The notes under the pieces were generated by a model. That model saw only the letters and a list, made by a program, of their open reading frames with translations. It did not search any database and was not told where the DNA came from. DNA of 64,000 nt from Octopus vulgaris (Eukaryota). Both the position numbers and the translations under genes were made by a program. Where the stretch lies: contig OX597825.1 of the NCBI GenBank assembly GCA_951406725.2, positions 75,640,001 through 75,704,000 of the forward strand, in the 5' to 3' direction. Shown one piece after another: positions 48,896-63,366 of this stretch (positions within the stretch are counted from its first letter, which is position 1; the number at the start of each line of letters is the position of its first letter).

Positions 48896-51742
48896 TTATA
48901 TATACACTTTAGATGAGTTGTAGTGCACCTGAGCACTGTACACAATTATTATTATTATTATTATTATTATATCAAACAGGGTCATCTCACTTAAGGAATT
49001 TCTGACTTATCTATTTTCCTACTTACTAAGAACCTTGGTTTTTGCTAAATTAACGCTAAGCCACTTAGATTGACCATGTTCAGAGGGTGGTTTTTACATG
49101 CCACCAGCACAGGGAGCCAATCAGGTGGCATATGTATTGACCTACACATGAATGGTGCTTATTGCGTGCCACCAGCACAGGAGCCAGCTGGTTTTTATAA
49201 GATCTGAAGCCGTAATTATCCGCTGCATGAGGGCTGCATGTACCTTTCTCGAAAAAATAGGTTTTCTATTTCATTCTCCTCAGAACATATTCAGTTTACT
49301 CGATAAGATGCTTCATGTATACTCTCCTTGGTGGAATAGAAATATTTTTCAGTGATGTCAATATTTTGTGTTTTTCCATGGTTTGTTTTGATCCTTTGTT
49401 AGTTTTCAGTGCTTAGCCGGTGTTTGTTTACATTGGAAGCTTTGATTCGTAAATGTAGAATGATGAAATGAGTGCTCAACGCTTCATTTGTGGATATTTA
49501 ATTTCTTTATTTGTGAATTAAGTCTACCATTGGTTTCATGTTAAAAAGAGCTGGAAAATATCATAGTGTCTTAACAATTTTCCAAGCCGATCACATGGAG
49601 AAGGTGTTCGCTTCCACTTTGGAAAACAGTCTCATTTCATTTTCAGGATTTCTCGTAAATTCGCGTAAATGAAACAATGAATCAATGGGTCAAGGGACAT
49701 TACTCTAGAAGACATCTTTTGAAGTGTGTCTCCTTTGGATTTGTTATTTTGGTAAATTTCTTAATTATTTGTACAGGGTATGGTGTTCTTGAATTTGTAT
49801 GTTGAGGTTGTACATGAACCCACATATAAGCACATAAGCATACATATAAGACATGCACATACAAGTATATGTACACACACGCACGCACACACATGTACAT
49901 AGATATATATATATCTACATATATTGTAACAACTGTGGATGGATGTGTTATGCATGTTGATTTTGTTTGCATTTGGATCTATAGAAGAATTTTAAGGTGT
50001 GATAGAACCTAAAACAACATGTAGAAAAAAGCTTTGTGTTTATTAACAATTGTGGTGAATTATGTATTAATATTTGCATGGCTTCTTTTAGGTATAGTCT
50101 ACAAGGGGATCGCTGGCCTTGGTAAGGGACCCTGAAGTATGTTATGGCCTAGGATTTCTTGTATGGCATCTTACTATCTATTAGATGGTGTATATAGTTG
50201 GGTAGGGAGATCAATTTGCTATACTCCTCATACTTAAATGAGTTCATATGTGCAGAATATCTCTGTTTAAAATTAATAGTAGACCTGATATAGTAGTTAG
50301 CAGAATTATGTGATATGTTGTGGACCATGCATTTGTATACTACGTTAAATCTTATAGAGTGGGCTTTCAATGGGCATTCGGTTATGGATTAGCAGTTATA
50401 TCTATTTGTCCTATGAGTGTTATTATTTATGGAAACATTAGAATTAAAGGTGTTGTTAGGGGATTAGCCCGTATTATAATTATTGTTGTTGTCACTATTA
50501 TTATCATTAGTAGTAGTAAAATTATTATCACTGTCAATAACACTAGCAATAGTAGTAATGGTGGTATCAGTCATATTGGAGTTGTTAATATTAGTATTAG
50601 TGGTGGTGCTATTAGTATCCACACTCATCTCAGTTACACTTTGACCTTCATAGGAGGCAGGGATGTTTGTATCTTGGTTAATTCTGATTCTAGTGGGTGT
50701 GGTGTATGCCATCAATGTTATTAGTGTTTTTGTAGCTTTGACCTTTGTTATGATTATGTATATTTAGGTAGTAGGAATTATATTTATGTTTATTGGAGGA
50801 AGTAACAATAGATTCTATAATGAGCAGAGAGGAGTAGGATAATTTGGGGGTGTCAGTCTATTAAAGATTGAATGGTACTTATGGTGATATGGGAAGTTAG
50901 CATCTACAATTTGAAAGAATGTTTTGGCTAAGCCCTTAATGTTTAAGGTGAATGAAGGTATAAACCAGAGAATTGATTTACCCAACTTTTGTTAGGCAAA
51001 ATAGGGGAAGTATAATCTATAGTATTTGTTAGAGGTGAGTTGTAAGCTTTATTGTCATTCATAGTGGAATGGTTTATTTGTCTAGTAGTGGGGCATGCCT
51101 TTTGGGATTGAGATTAGCAATGTTTTTTTTTTAAGCCTAGTGTTTGCCATGAATTTAATTTGCTTGGAGAAGCTGCTAGCAGTTAGTGCCTGGTTATAGT
51201 ATGTAGCATGGATATTGAAGATTTCCTCCATGGCCGAGAGATCAGATATCTAAATAGATATACCTTTGATTACTCTATTGAAGGTAGATTTATTGTGCTT
51301 AGCATCTGTGTTAATGTATCTGAAGTATTGATTCGGTTTATGGAAAGGGGGAGTGTAGCGATGATTCTAAATCTAAAGTAACATCTACAAAGTGAGCCTT
51401 TTTGTAAGTGTTTTCAAAGGAGATAGACAAGTTAAAATTAGCAAAGAATTTATGTGAGTTTTTTTTAGTTTTCTCTAATTCAGATTTACTTATGCTCGTA
51501 GTAACCAGCAATGCATTGTTCCTATACTAACAGCCCGCAAAGTTAGAGAAATACATGCAAAGTTGTTGGAGAAGGTATACTTCAAACAACTCTGTGACCT
51601 GAGTAGAGTTGGAGGAGCCCATGGTTATATCTTAGAAGTTATTATGGATATCCTGGCACCAAAGTTAATCATCGTAGGAGATGAGTGTCTTTCTGGCAGT
51701 TAGAATGATATCTATTTCTAAAGGGAGAAGTTAGTTTTATAA

Positions 51743-51846
<104 letters not shown>

Positions 51847-51879
51847 TGTGTGTGTATATGTGTATGTATGTATGTATGT

Positions 51880-51943
<64 letters not shown>

Positions 51944-51966
51944 TGTATGTATATATATATATGTAT

Positions 51967-51998
<32 letters not shown>

Positions 51999-52061
51999 AT
52001 GTATGTATATATATATATATGTATGTATGTATGTATATATATATATATATGTATGTATATG

Positions 52062-52094
<33 letters not shown>

Positions 52095-52107
52095 GTATAT
52101 ATATATG

Positions 52108-52172
<65 letters not shown>

Positions 52173-52310
52173 GTATATATATATATATATTATATATATA
52201 TGTATATATGTATTTATATATATATAAATATAATATATATATTATATATATATATGTATATATATATATGTATATATATATATGTATATATATATGTATA
52301 TATATATATT

Positions 52311-55300
52311 TTCAGGTGAGAAACCTGCCCGGGAAGTAAACCCAAGTGCAAGTGCTCCTACCAGCACCAAAAGCCAAAGCCAAAACCATGGAGATGAAAG
52401 AGCCAAAAAAGAAATAAAAGGAGGAAAAACTAAAAGAAAAACAAAAGATGAAACAGCCAAAGAAGGAAAAACTAAAACTCAAACAAGACCAAAAGATGAA
52501 ACAGCCAAGGATAGAAGCAAACCTGACTATCCATGTACCAAAAAGGATAGAAACAGACAGTGCACACGAATGTGTAAATTCCACCTGAAAGGTGTCTGCT
52601 GGCATGGAGAGGAAGGTGCAGGCTGCCATTTTGCACATCAAAGACCCTGCCACATAAACACGAAACAGGTCAGAAACCAACTAAAAAGGAAAAGGAATGG
52701 ACCACGCACCACCTGCCCCAAAACGGAGGTACGCAGATGTGGTGCATGCTACAAACCGTCAACATGTTATTGAAAGGGCAGCTGCTGAACGAGAATCTTT
52801 TTTGTGCATGGCACAAAAGATTGTACAGCAGCTAACCTGGCTCCATCAAACTCAAACTCGCAGATGGGACTATCCACAATACACAAGACCGCCACAGCAA
52901 ATAGACCCAAGGTGGACACCGCCGGCAACAGTATACACCTCACCTCGATGCTCCTACTAAACATCAGAGGACTGCTAACACTCAGTAATAGGACAAAAAT
53001 CCCGTCTTGAGAGACTTTGTTGCATGCAATCAAGCCTTATGCATAGCACTTACGAAAACACACCTGAAACCGGACATAGCAGATGCGGAAATACACATAC
53101 CACAGTATGTTGTACTACGGACCGACAGAAAAGAAAGGAGTCATGGAGGAGTTGCTATGTACATCCGTGAGGACCTCACACCCCAGGTCCTTTTGTCATA
53201 CTCAAATTCGGTGTGTGACACACTAATTGTACATATAAGGCAACTTGGTGTAGCTATATGTGCTACATATCGCCCTCCAGATGCCCCAAGCCATGTAGGC
53301 AAGTTTGAAAACTGCCTTATAAAAATAGAAGAAGTTCTAGTCACATTAGAACAACACATAAGTGTACTTCTTATGGGAGACTTCAATCTACCCAATGTCA
53401 GATGGCCCGAGGGCCTTTCTCTCCCAGGAATGACACAATGTGAACGAGGACAGGCGATGTCCTTCCTGAATCTCATCAACACTCTGTACATGGAGCAAGT
53501 AATACTCCAACCAACCAGGGCAGGTAACATACTGGATCTCTGCTTCACAAATAATATGGATCTCATCCATAATGTGAAAGTGACGCCGACACTACTCTCG
53601 AATCACAACATGGTAGAGCTGACCATGAACGGGCCAAAGGAAAGCATGGACATGCAGCCTACAAGAAACTCTCAGAATCTTTCCAGCTTGAACTTCCATA
53701 AGGCAAACTGGAAACAAATTGAGAAAGAGATCCTCAAACAAAACTGACCTGAATGTCTATCTTCACCAGACATCGACATGAAACTTCAACAATTCATGTC
53801 TGTAATGCAAACCCTATGCTACAAATGTGTCCCAGAGAGAAAGGCCACTGTACACAAGAGCAAAATCCCCAGAGAGAGGAAAATTCTAATGAGACAGCGT
53901 ACAAAAGTTTCAAATCGCCTAAACAAACAAATTGAAAGCGGTGAAAAGTCCCGCCTGAAAATAAAACTGTTGGAAATTGAAAAATGTCTGCAACTCTCCC
54001 ATGAAAATGAAAGAGCAGACAAAGAAGCCTGGGCTATTGACAACATAAAATCTAACCCCAGAGCTTTCTACCGGTATGCCAAAGAAACAGTTACGGTGCA
54101 CTGTAGGATAGGGCCACTCCTTGAAAAGGATGGTACACTCACAGGAAATCCAATGAGGGTAAGTGAAATACTAAATGAGCAATTCAAGTGTATTTTCACT
54201 CCACCCCTAGGTTATTTTCAAGTCAGCAATCCAACTGACGTCTTTACCACTGCAGATATAAAATCAGAGGCAGCGATGATTAATTACATCAATATAAAGG
54301 AAGATGATGTAATAAAGGCTATTGATGAAATGAAAACAAACTCTGCTACTGGCACCGATGGATTCCCAGCAATCCTTCTAAAAGTATGTAAGAGAGTCCT
54401 AGCAAGACCACTGCAGTTCCTCTCTCAGAGCTTCCTTGCAACTGGCAAACTTCCAAGAAAACTGAAGGAAGGTAAAATATGCCCTATTCATAAAGGAGGT
54501 AGCAGAGTGGAGGCCCAGAACTACAGACCTATCTCTCTGACCTCACACATCAGCAAGGTCATGGAACAAATAGTCAGAAGGAAACTAATCACCTTCCTTG
54601 AAGAAAATGACTTGCTGCCTGACACCCAACATGGTTTCCGACCAGGAAGAAGCTGCTTAACTCAGCTCCTACAACACTATGACTGGGTGTTGAAACGACT
54701 GGTCAAATGTAGAAGTCATATATCTCGGCTTTGCAAAGGCCTTTGATAAAGTCGATCATGGAATGATATGTCACAAACTGCGTGATCTTGGCATAGTTGG
54801 AAAATTGGGAGAATGGCTTCATGACTTTCTGAAGGATAGAAGTCAGGTGGTAGTAGCCAATGGGGCCACTTCCATTAACACACAAATAGTGAGCGGTGTT
54901 CCACAAGGCACTGTTCTGGGACCACTACTGTTCATAATGGCCCTCTCAGACATGCCCTCAGCCATGCAGAGAGCCACGATCACAAGTTATGCAGATGATA
55001 CAAAAGTTTCACAGGCAATACTGAACCCTGAAGACACTAAGCACCTGCAATGTGAGCTGGACAAAATATACAAGTGGACTGAAAAGAATAGCATGCAGTT
55101 CAATGCTGAAAAGTTTCAAGCTTTATACAATCAGCATGCAAAACTAAGTGCAATACCCAATAAATACACTGGACCTGGAGGGATTGCAATCCCAGAGGCA
55201 CAATCAGTGTGAGGTCAGGGTATTTACATGAGTGATGATGCAACCTTTCATGTGCATGTTGCTAAATTGGCAATGAAATGTAGGCGGCTGACCAGATGGA

Positions 55301-56003
55301 TTCTTAGAACCTTTAGAACAAGAGACCAGGAAACCATGATGGTCCTCTGGAGGACACTTGTCCTAAGCCACTTTGACTATTGCTCTCAGCTATGGTCACC
55401 ATCCAGTGTCAAGTTAATCACAGAACTTGAGGCGATCCAACGAAGCTACACGAAGAAGATAGCCTCTGTGCAGCATATAAGCTATTGGGAAAGACTCAAG
55501 AGATTTAGACTCTATTCCTTAGAGCGTAGGCGAGAAAGATATGCCATAATATACATCTGGAAGATCCTAGAAGGACTTGTCCCAAACTTTGGCATCGAGA
55601 GCTACACAAATGCCAGAACTAGGCACCACTGCATAGTGCCAAGGACTCCAAATTTACCATCAAGATGTAGGACAAGATACTGTGATAGCCTGGGCTTCCG
55701 AGGCCTACAGCTCTTCAAATTCCGCCCGAAGAACCTAAGAGACCTGCATGGGGTGGATGCAGATGTCTTTAAAATGAAACTGGATCCCTTCTTGTCAGGT
55801 GTCCAAGATGAACGAACTTCACGGCAGGAGGTGCAGATGAGGGCAGCCGCATTGGATTCTCTCATGCACCAGATGGCATTTGCCAAAAAGCATTTGTGAA
55901 GTAAAATCATGTAGTAACACCAAATGGCGGTGCCCCAGCATGGCCACAGCTTGTGAGCTGAAACTAAATAAAATTTTTAAAAATTTAAAAAAATAAAATA
56001 AAT
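52311..56003 (+). mobile_element. Family-B LINE (CCCH-APE-RT), complete to the 3' end, with multiple stops and frameshifts
   Basis: ORF pieces 52282-55899 with APE and RT motifs (SYADDTK); 3' end GCCCCAGCATGGCCACAGC..GCTGAAAC plus A-rich tail. Confidence 0.9.
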
Positions 56004-56120
56004 ATACATATATATACAGTTCAAATTTACAGAAAAACAAGAATGTAGACAGATATAGGAACAACAAGCAGGTGCATGATTTTAATGCTTGGGAAGAATG
56101 GAAAATTCTTTTACCCTTTT

Positions 56121-56170
<50 letters not shown>

Positions 56171-57284
56171 TAATATATGCTTATCATAAATACATATATA
56201 TTTAAGAAATATTATTGTACTCTATATAAGTATTGATTGTTAAATATGAATTTATAATTTTTTTATTTGTTAATGATAACTTAAATATGTACATTTATTT
56301 AAATATTATTATCTTATAATTATTATATTTGAACGTAAATTTTAAAACATTAATCACTTTGGGATCTAGATCGTAAAAATGTTTTAATTTAACAAAAAAT
56401 TCTTATTACATTTCTAGTCTTATTATATTTCTAGTACTATTACATTTAATAATAATAGTAATAAGTATTTTATAAAGATAAGTTATACGTATTTACTTTG
56501 GAATTTTTCAATTCTTATTTTTTATTTCATAAATATTTTTGAAAGATTTCTATATTTATGTAAGTAATAGTGGACTAATATATTTATTGTTTATGTGTTT
56601 ATTGATAGAAAAAATATAGATTTTTAATTACTACATTTGTTGATTATCATTTAGATACTTATTTTTATATATTTATTATTTTATAATTATTATATGTGAA
56701 CTAAAAATTTAAAAATATTAAGAGTGATTGTTTTCTAAAATAGTTTGGTAATTAAATATGAGAGTATAAGTATGTTAAAGATATTCTATAGTTTATTAAT
56801 GTTTTTTATTAAGCTAAATTATATCTTCACAGATAAATACATTTTTCTATCTATTTACTCTTTTTTTTACCTTAAATTTTAGCAAAATAAATGTATTGTG
56901 GGCAACTGATCCTAATGTTCTAAGTTTCAAATTTAGTTAATGGAGTTTCTTCTATAAGAAAAATCATTATTTTATTCTTTTAATAAATATTGTTTAACTC
57001 TATTTACTTATTTATTTAACTATTATCATTGAATTGATTTCGATTAAATTTAAATTTAATTGTAATTCGAATTTAATTATAATCATGAAACGTATGTAAT
57101 TTTTTTACTTATTATATATTGATTATTCATTTTTATACTTTTTGTGATCTAGTTATGTTTTACAAAAATATATTTTATTTTTTATTTATGATTTTGTTTA
57201 TGTCTATCATTGTTTGAATTGCATAATAGTGTTTTTTTTCTCTAATTTATATATTATATATATCATATATATATATATATATAT

Positions 57285-57835
57285 AATCATTATCATTATC
57301 AACATCGCTAACATCTGCTTTCTATGCTGACACAGGTTGCAGTGTTTGACTGCAAACTGCTAAATCAGGGGCTGCACCAGTTTCCAACCTGATGTGGCAA
57401 GGTTTCTATGGCCAGAGGCTTTTCCTAATCCTATATATATATATCATCATTATCATCATCAACATCGTTAACATCTACTTTCTATGCTGGCACAGGCTGC
57501 AGAGTTTGTCTGGAAACTGCTAAGTCGGGGGCTGCACCAGTTTCCAATCTGCTTTGGCAAGGTTTCTATGGCCGGAAGCTTTTCCTAATGCCAACCACTT
57601 CAAGCATGTAGTAGGTGTCTTTCCCGTGCCATTGGCATGGGTGCCAATAAGCTGGTACCAGCATCAGCCATGACCCCAGCCTCACTTGACTTGACAGGTC
57701 TTCATAAGCATGGTCTATCACCAAAGGTCTTGGTCACCTGTCACTACCCCCATGAGGCCCAATGCTCAAATGGTGCTTTTTACATGCCATCGACAATGGG
57801 TGCCAGTCAGACAGCACTGGCATTGGCCACAACTA
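57285..57835 (-). mobile_element. Two tandem degenerate RTE 3'-end fragments
   Basis: 57285-57430 is repeated at 57443-57590; both match 28303-28460. Confidence 0.7.
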
Positions 57836-58120
57836 TGATTTACGTGTATATATATATATATATATATATAGTCCACAGATGAAATCCAAAGATTCTCTAC
57901 AAAGATGACAGTAGAGCTCAAAGATTCAAACCTAACGTCTATTCCACAAGGTAAAGAAAGTTGAGTGGGTATTGAGGCAATTAGGCAGATAAGCAAATTA
58001 AATATATCAAATATATTATATATAATAGTTTGGGTATGATTTGAGCTCAGAACGTAAAGCAAGATGAAATACCGCTAAGCATTTCACCTGGCATACTAAT
58101 GTTTCTGCCAGCTCACCACC

Positions 58121-58156
<36 letters not shown>

Positions 58157-58160
<4 letters not shown>

Positions 58161-59395
58161 GTTATCCCATCAATAATGCAGTATTTTCAATTGCATGAAC
58201 TAAAAGTCTAGCTGTATCAACTTGCTATAAAAGCAGGTAGTAATTTTTTACCTTGTACTTATTTTTAGTGCAAGTTTTGAAGAGTGCAGTTCGATTTTAA
58301 CAATTATTTTTTTCAAAGCTATAATGGAAATGACAAAGGAGTATATTTGGCATATTTTTCTTTATGCGGTCAATAAAAGAAAGAACACAATGGAAAGTGT
58401 GAGGAATAGTAATGCAGTATATGGAGATTGGACAGTTAGTGTAAACCAGTGTCAGTAGTGGTTCCGGAGATTCTGTGCTGGAAACTACAGCCTAGAAGAT
58501 GAGTCTCATTCTAGAAGATCTGTAGAGCTTGACGAGGACGTCCTGCCAACCCTGTTGGAACAAAATCCCATTGTAACTGTTGAGAAGCTTGAATTTGGTC
58601 ATTCAACCATTCATCAATACCTGCATGCCATGGGAAAAGCCAGCTAATTGGGTCAGTGGGTTCTCATAAACTTACTGAGTCTAATCATGCACAAAGAGTG
58701 AACCTTTGTTCTTTGCTATCATGTCTCATGAATGAACCTGTTTTGGACTGAATAGTGACTGGTGAGAAGAAATGGGTTCTCTATAAAAATGTCAAGTGCA
58801 GAAGAAATTGGGTAGGGAAAGGAGAAACAGTGCCAATCCTGGCTAAAGAATGTCTTCACCCATGTAAGGTGTTGCTATCTGTTTGGTAGGATATGAAAAG
58901 TTTAGTCCACTTTGAAGTTTTAAACCCAAACCAAATGATAACAAAGGAGATCTACTGTGAGCAGTTTGAGTGGATTAAGTCAGCACTAGAAGATGAGCAT
59001 GTTTGATTTCAAGAGAAAAGGTGTCCTTCCATCAGGATAATGCTTAGACACATACAACAAGGATGACGTTCCGAAGGCTGGAGCAGTTTGAGTGGGAAAC
59101 GATGCCCCACCCAGAATATTCGCCATCTGATTATATTTTATTCCGCAGTTTTCAAAATCATTTTGAAGGAAAAAATATGACTTCTTTAGACAAGGTCAGA
59201 ACAGTATTGGAGGAGTATTTTTTATCACAGAGAAGTGAATTTGGAAGAGGGGCTTTGCAAGTCTACCAGATAGATGGAAGAGCATTGTAGAAAATGAAAG
59301 ACAGTATATTTTAGATTGAAAAGGAACTTTGTTTATCTTAATTTTGAAAAATAAAAGAAGTATAAAGAAAATGCATTATTTATGGGGTGACCCAC

Positions 59396-59399
<4 letters not shown>
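58157..59399 (+). mobile_element. Degenerate mariner (Tc1/mariner) DNA transposon
   Basis: Imperfect TIRs TTGGGTTATCCCATCAATAATGC / GCATTATTTATGGGGTGACCCACCCAA, TA flanks, ~1.24 kb. Transposase remnants WFRRF..LEDE, IVTGEKKW, HQDNA, HPEYSPSDY.LFRS. Confidence 0.88.
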
Positions 59400-59443
<44 letters not shown>

Positions 59444-59444
59444 T

Positions 59445-59994
59445 TCAGAACAACCTGCTATGCTTGAGGAGACCTATTGAGTCAAGTACATGAACATCAA
59501 AATAAATATCAAATGGAAATAGTAGTTGTGATACCTGTGCCGGTGGCATGTAAAAAGCACCATCCGAATGTGGCCGATGCCAGCGCCACCTTGACTGCCT
59601 TCTGTGCCAGTGACATGTAAAAAGCACCGTCTGAACGTGGCCGATGCCAGCGCCACGTAGACTGGCTTCTGTGCCAGTGGCACGTAAAAAGCACCGTCCG
59701 AACGTGGCCGATGCCAGCGCCGCTTTGACTGGCTTCTGTGCCAGTGGCACGTAAAAAGCACCAACCGATCATGGCCGGTGCCAGACTCCCCTGGCACCTG
59801 TGCTGGTGGTACGTAAAAAGCACCCACTACACTCATGGAGTGGTTGGCGTTAGGAAGGGCATTCAGCTGTAGAAACACTGCCAGATCAGACTGGTGCCTG
59901 GTGCAGCCTCCTGGCTTCCCAGACCCCGGTCAAACCGTCCAACCCATGCTAGCACGGAAAACAGACGTTAAACGATGATGATGATGATGATGAT
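59445..59994 (+). mobile_element. RTE LINE 3' UTR fragment with internal 67-bp tandem repeats and (GAT)n tail
   Basis: TAAAAAGCAC at 59551, 59618, 59685, 59752 and 59814; reverse complement of the 28303-28900 type sequence. Confidence 0.8.
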
Positions 59995-60354
59995 ATATAT
60001 ATAGATAGATATATAGATAGACATACATACACATATTCATGTACTGGACAGGAAGGGCACCCTGTCCTAACAAATCTGCCTCAACGAATTCCATTTATCC
60101 CATGCAAATATGGAAATGTCGACATCAAAATAATGATGATGTTATCAGTTCATCATTTGTTATTGTCATCAGCTAATTTTCATGTCTAAGAATATATTCC
60201 TGGCTAAATGGTTCCTTCAGATTGATGGTATCAATGTCTGAGATGGACAATCCTCTCATTATGCAGGATTAGACCCCTCAGATCAATAATAATGTTTGTG
60301 TGTTTCAGAGATATTTTGTCAATTTTTAATTAAAATTTATTCTTTACTTCTTAG

Positions 60355-60423
60355 GGAAACAAGATGAAGAAGAGAAACAAGAGAAAATACATTCTACCAA
60401 AACAATTCCCATCATGGGAACAG
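60355..60423 (+). CDS. Candidate internal host exon (KQDEEEKQEKIHSTKTIPIMGT), phase 1-1
   Basis: Pyrimidine tract + TTAG acceptor, CAG|GTAATT donor, 69 nt; phase-compatible with the 94-nt exon upstream. Confidence 0.6.
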
Positions 60424-62591
60424 GTAATTATTTTGTGTGTATGTGTGTGTGTGCATGAGTACTTGTGTGTGTGTGATAAATGTATGCAAGTGTTTTTATA
60501 CATATATATGTGAGTGTGTATATGTATCTATCTCTCAATCTATCTGACAATGTATGTGTGTGTGTGTGTGAAGATGAAGAGTTTAGGTCACAAGTGATCT
60601 CAACTAATAGATATGCACTCCGTGTGCTCCAATTGACAAGCTACTAGGATCCAAGTACTCAATGGGGGCTGGAGTTGTGGTGGCCACTGTCCAGTAGGCA
60701 GAGAATAGGAAATCTGTAATCTACCTCCAAGTCTGCAATTATAATTTAAAGAAGAGGAAAAAAAACCCAAGGCAGGACAAGCTTATCGGTTCATTTAGAT
60801 TAGTTTAATGGTGAAGTGAACAAAAGTAAATAATAATGTCTTACAGCTGTTTCTAGGATATCATAGGTAGTGGATCAATATGTTGAGTGTACAAGCAAGA
60901 GAATATATAGGTAGGAAACCGTTATGTAGAGAAGTAGAGAGAATTTGATGAAGGGAAATGTGGAATAAGGTATGAAGTTCAAGGTTCATTATAGTTCATA
61001 GTTCATTCTGTTCTGGAGGGTATGGGAATCTATCCATATTTCCATGAAGGTGTACCTCCTTATGTATATTCCCAAGTAAATCCATAGTTCAAAAAGGGGG
61101 TTGAGTAATGCATCCAACTGAGAGAAGGGGAGCCCTGCAGATATTACTACAGGATTCAGCACAATTGCTTAATAGGCAACATGGAGCTTTTTCAACCTCC
61201 AAACATAAATGCTTCCATTCATTCAAGATCTTCCACAGGTCTAAATATAAGAGAAATCAACACATGATATCTATAACACCTGTTTCTACATATTCACTGT
61301 CATTATCTCTGTCTAGACATAAATAATACTATCTCTTTCTAGACATAGAATCTATAGGCCCATAGTTTCACCAAATTAAATTAAATTAAATTCTTTCTAT
61401 TTTATATTTTACTCCTTTTTTACCTTATATATGTATATTTTTACCTTGTTTTTCTTACTTCCTTTCATTTTATATATCTTAATTCATTCAATTTTATTCT
61501 TAGTTCTAAGTGTCACTTTAATTCTAGGCTTTGGTTGGTAAATTTAAACCTTACAATTTTAAACTATCCTTTATTTCTAAGTTAACTTTGCATCTGTTTA
61601 TTTTTTATTGGTATCTATTCCTTCAATATATATATATTTTATGTACTCTAGCCACATTAATCTCTAAATATTGTACTTAATTATCAATCCTGAAATTGTA
61701 ATGCCTCCCTCTTGAAGTTGGGTATCCATTTCTAGCATTTTAGTTCTCATTGATGACTGGTAGACCACAACAACATAGTTCATTCCAACCACATAAGACC
61801 AATCCTCATCTGTTTGGCTTTATCTAAGTGGCCTTTTTTCCTATCTCCATTTTATTACCCCTATCCCTGCCCCCTCAAAAGCCTACCTCCATAATATGTA
61901 TATGCTATATTTCTCTGTGATTTTCCAATCTCTGTGAACTCTCACCCCTATCCTACACTGTTGAAAAGTAATACCAGCCTCTCTTAACAGAATCTATTAT
62001 CTACAGTTATCCTCAAAATTACTCATACTCTTGTTAATTTTTTGTGATTTTTTATATTTTTGTGATTAAATGAATGTATTTTCTCAAGTTTGTTTATGGG
62101 CGATATGTGACCAACAAGTGAAAGAATAACAACAATACACAATTCAAGAAATTCTTCATTTCAGGGGTGTATACACATATACACATGCACATACAAAAAT
62201 ATAGGTCCATACACATATACATACACAGATAAACACCAACACACATATACACATATTTATTTACATATATTCATACATATATACATGCGCACATAAACAT
62301 GTATGTATATCAAAAAAGGTGTGGGGAAGAATTAGGTAGATCCACAATGGAAATTAAGAAGATCAAGCGAAAGAAGAGGAAATACAACCAAACGAATCAT
62401 ATCTCATCATGAAAATAGATAATTATCAATTTCTTCATGTATCACCAGAGTGACAGTTTAATAACAGCACCAAAAATGTCTGATTGAGTTTAACCCTTTT
62501 TTGTTACCATATTTCTATTCAATTATTTTACCTTTGATTTAATTAATTTTGAAAATAAGGAAGAATTTAGAGTAATAAAATTGTTTGTAAC

Positions 62592-62812
62592 AAGGTGGTG
62601 AGCTGGCAGAATTGTTAGCATGCTGGGCAAAATACTTAGTAGTATTTCATCTACCACAATGTTCTGAGTTCAAATTCCACCAAGGTTGACTTTGCCTTTT
62701 GCCCTTTCGGGGTCAATTAAATAAGTACCAGTTATGCACTGGGGTTAATGAAATCAACTAGCCCCCTCCCCCAAATTTCAGGCCTTGTGCCTATAGTAGA
62801 AAGGATTATTAT
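62592..62812 (+). mobile_element. tRNA-derived SINE (second family)
   Basis: GGTGGTGAGCTGGCAGAA head, GAGTTCAAATTCC B box, (ATT)n tail; a reverse fragment lies at ~58040-58122. Confidence 0.7.
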
Positions 62813-63164
62813 GCTTGTATATGGCAATTTAAAACTGCAGTTAAAATATCTGAATGAAAGACAGAGTTAAGTGAAGTTTACAAATCTAACATACTAACTT
62901 CTCTACTCCAATCTATTTAATTAACTCTGAAAATCATATTGAAAATTTTCCAAGCCAAAAGCACAGTCTTGTAATGATTCTGTAGCAAAACTAAGCTGGA
63001 TGAGAGAAGAAGAGATTAGGGATTTTACCCCTTACGAAAGTTCCCTATTGCCCTCCAAATGAAACAAGGTTTGAACATTTCCTTATGGTACTGGATCATA
63101 CAAGAAGTTAAGAGTTAAAATGACACTCATGATGAAAAGTAAACTCCTGAGTATGAAAAATCAT

Positions 63165-63330
63165 TAGGTGCAGGCATGGGTGTGTGGTAAGATGCTTGCT
63201 TCCCAATCACATGGTTCTGAGTTCAGTCCTACTACATGGTACCTTGGGCAAGTGTTCTCTATTATAGCTTTAGGCTGACCAAAGTCTTGTGAGTGGATTT
63301 GGTTGACAGAAACAGGAAGAGCCCTGTTGC
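63165..63330 (+). mobile_element. tRNA-derived SINE 5' half
   Basis: Homologous to 12555-13120 and 63848-64000. Confidence 0.72.
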
Positions 63331-63366
63331 ATTTATATATGTGTGTGTGTGTATATATATATACAC

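Larger units (their letters stand above)
44376..48970 (+). mobile_element. Near full-length CR1-group LINE (family A), copy 2
   Basis: Duplicate of 14717-19305. Confidence 0.9.

Noticed and set aside
59535-59830. CRISPR-like array
   Set aside because: The spacer-like parts are near-identical to each other, there are no cas genes, and the context is a eukaryotic RTE 3' UTR.
60570-62160. Possible further decayed retroelement
   Set aside because: No diagnostic motif could be read confidently in any frame.
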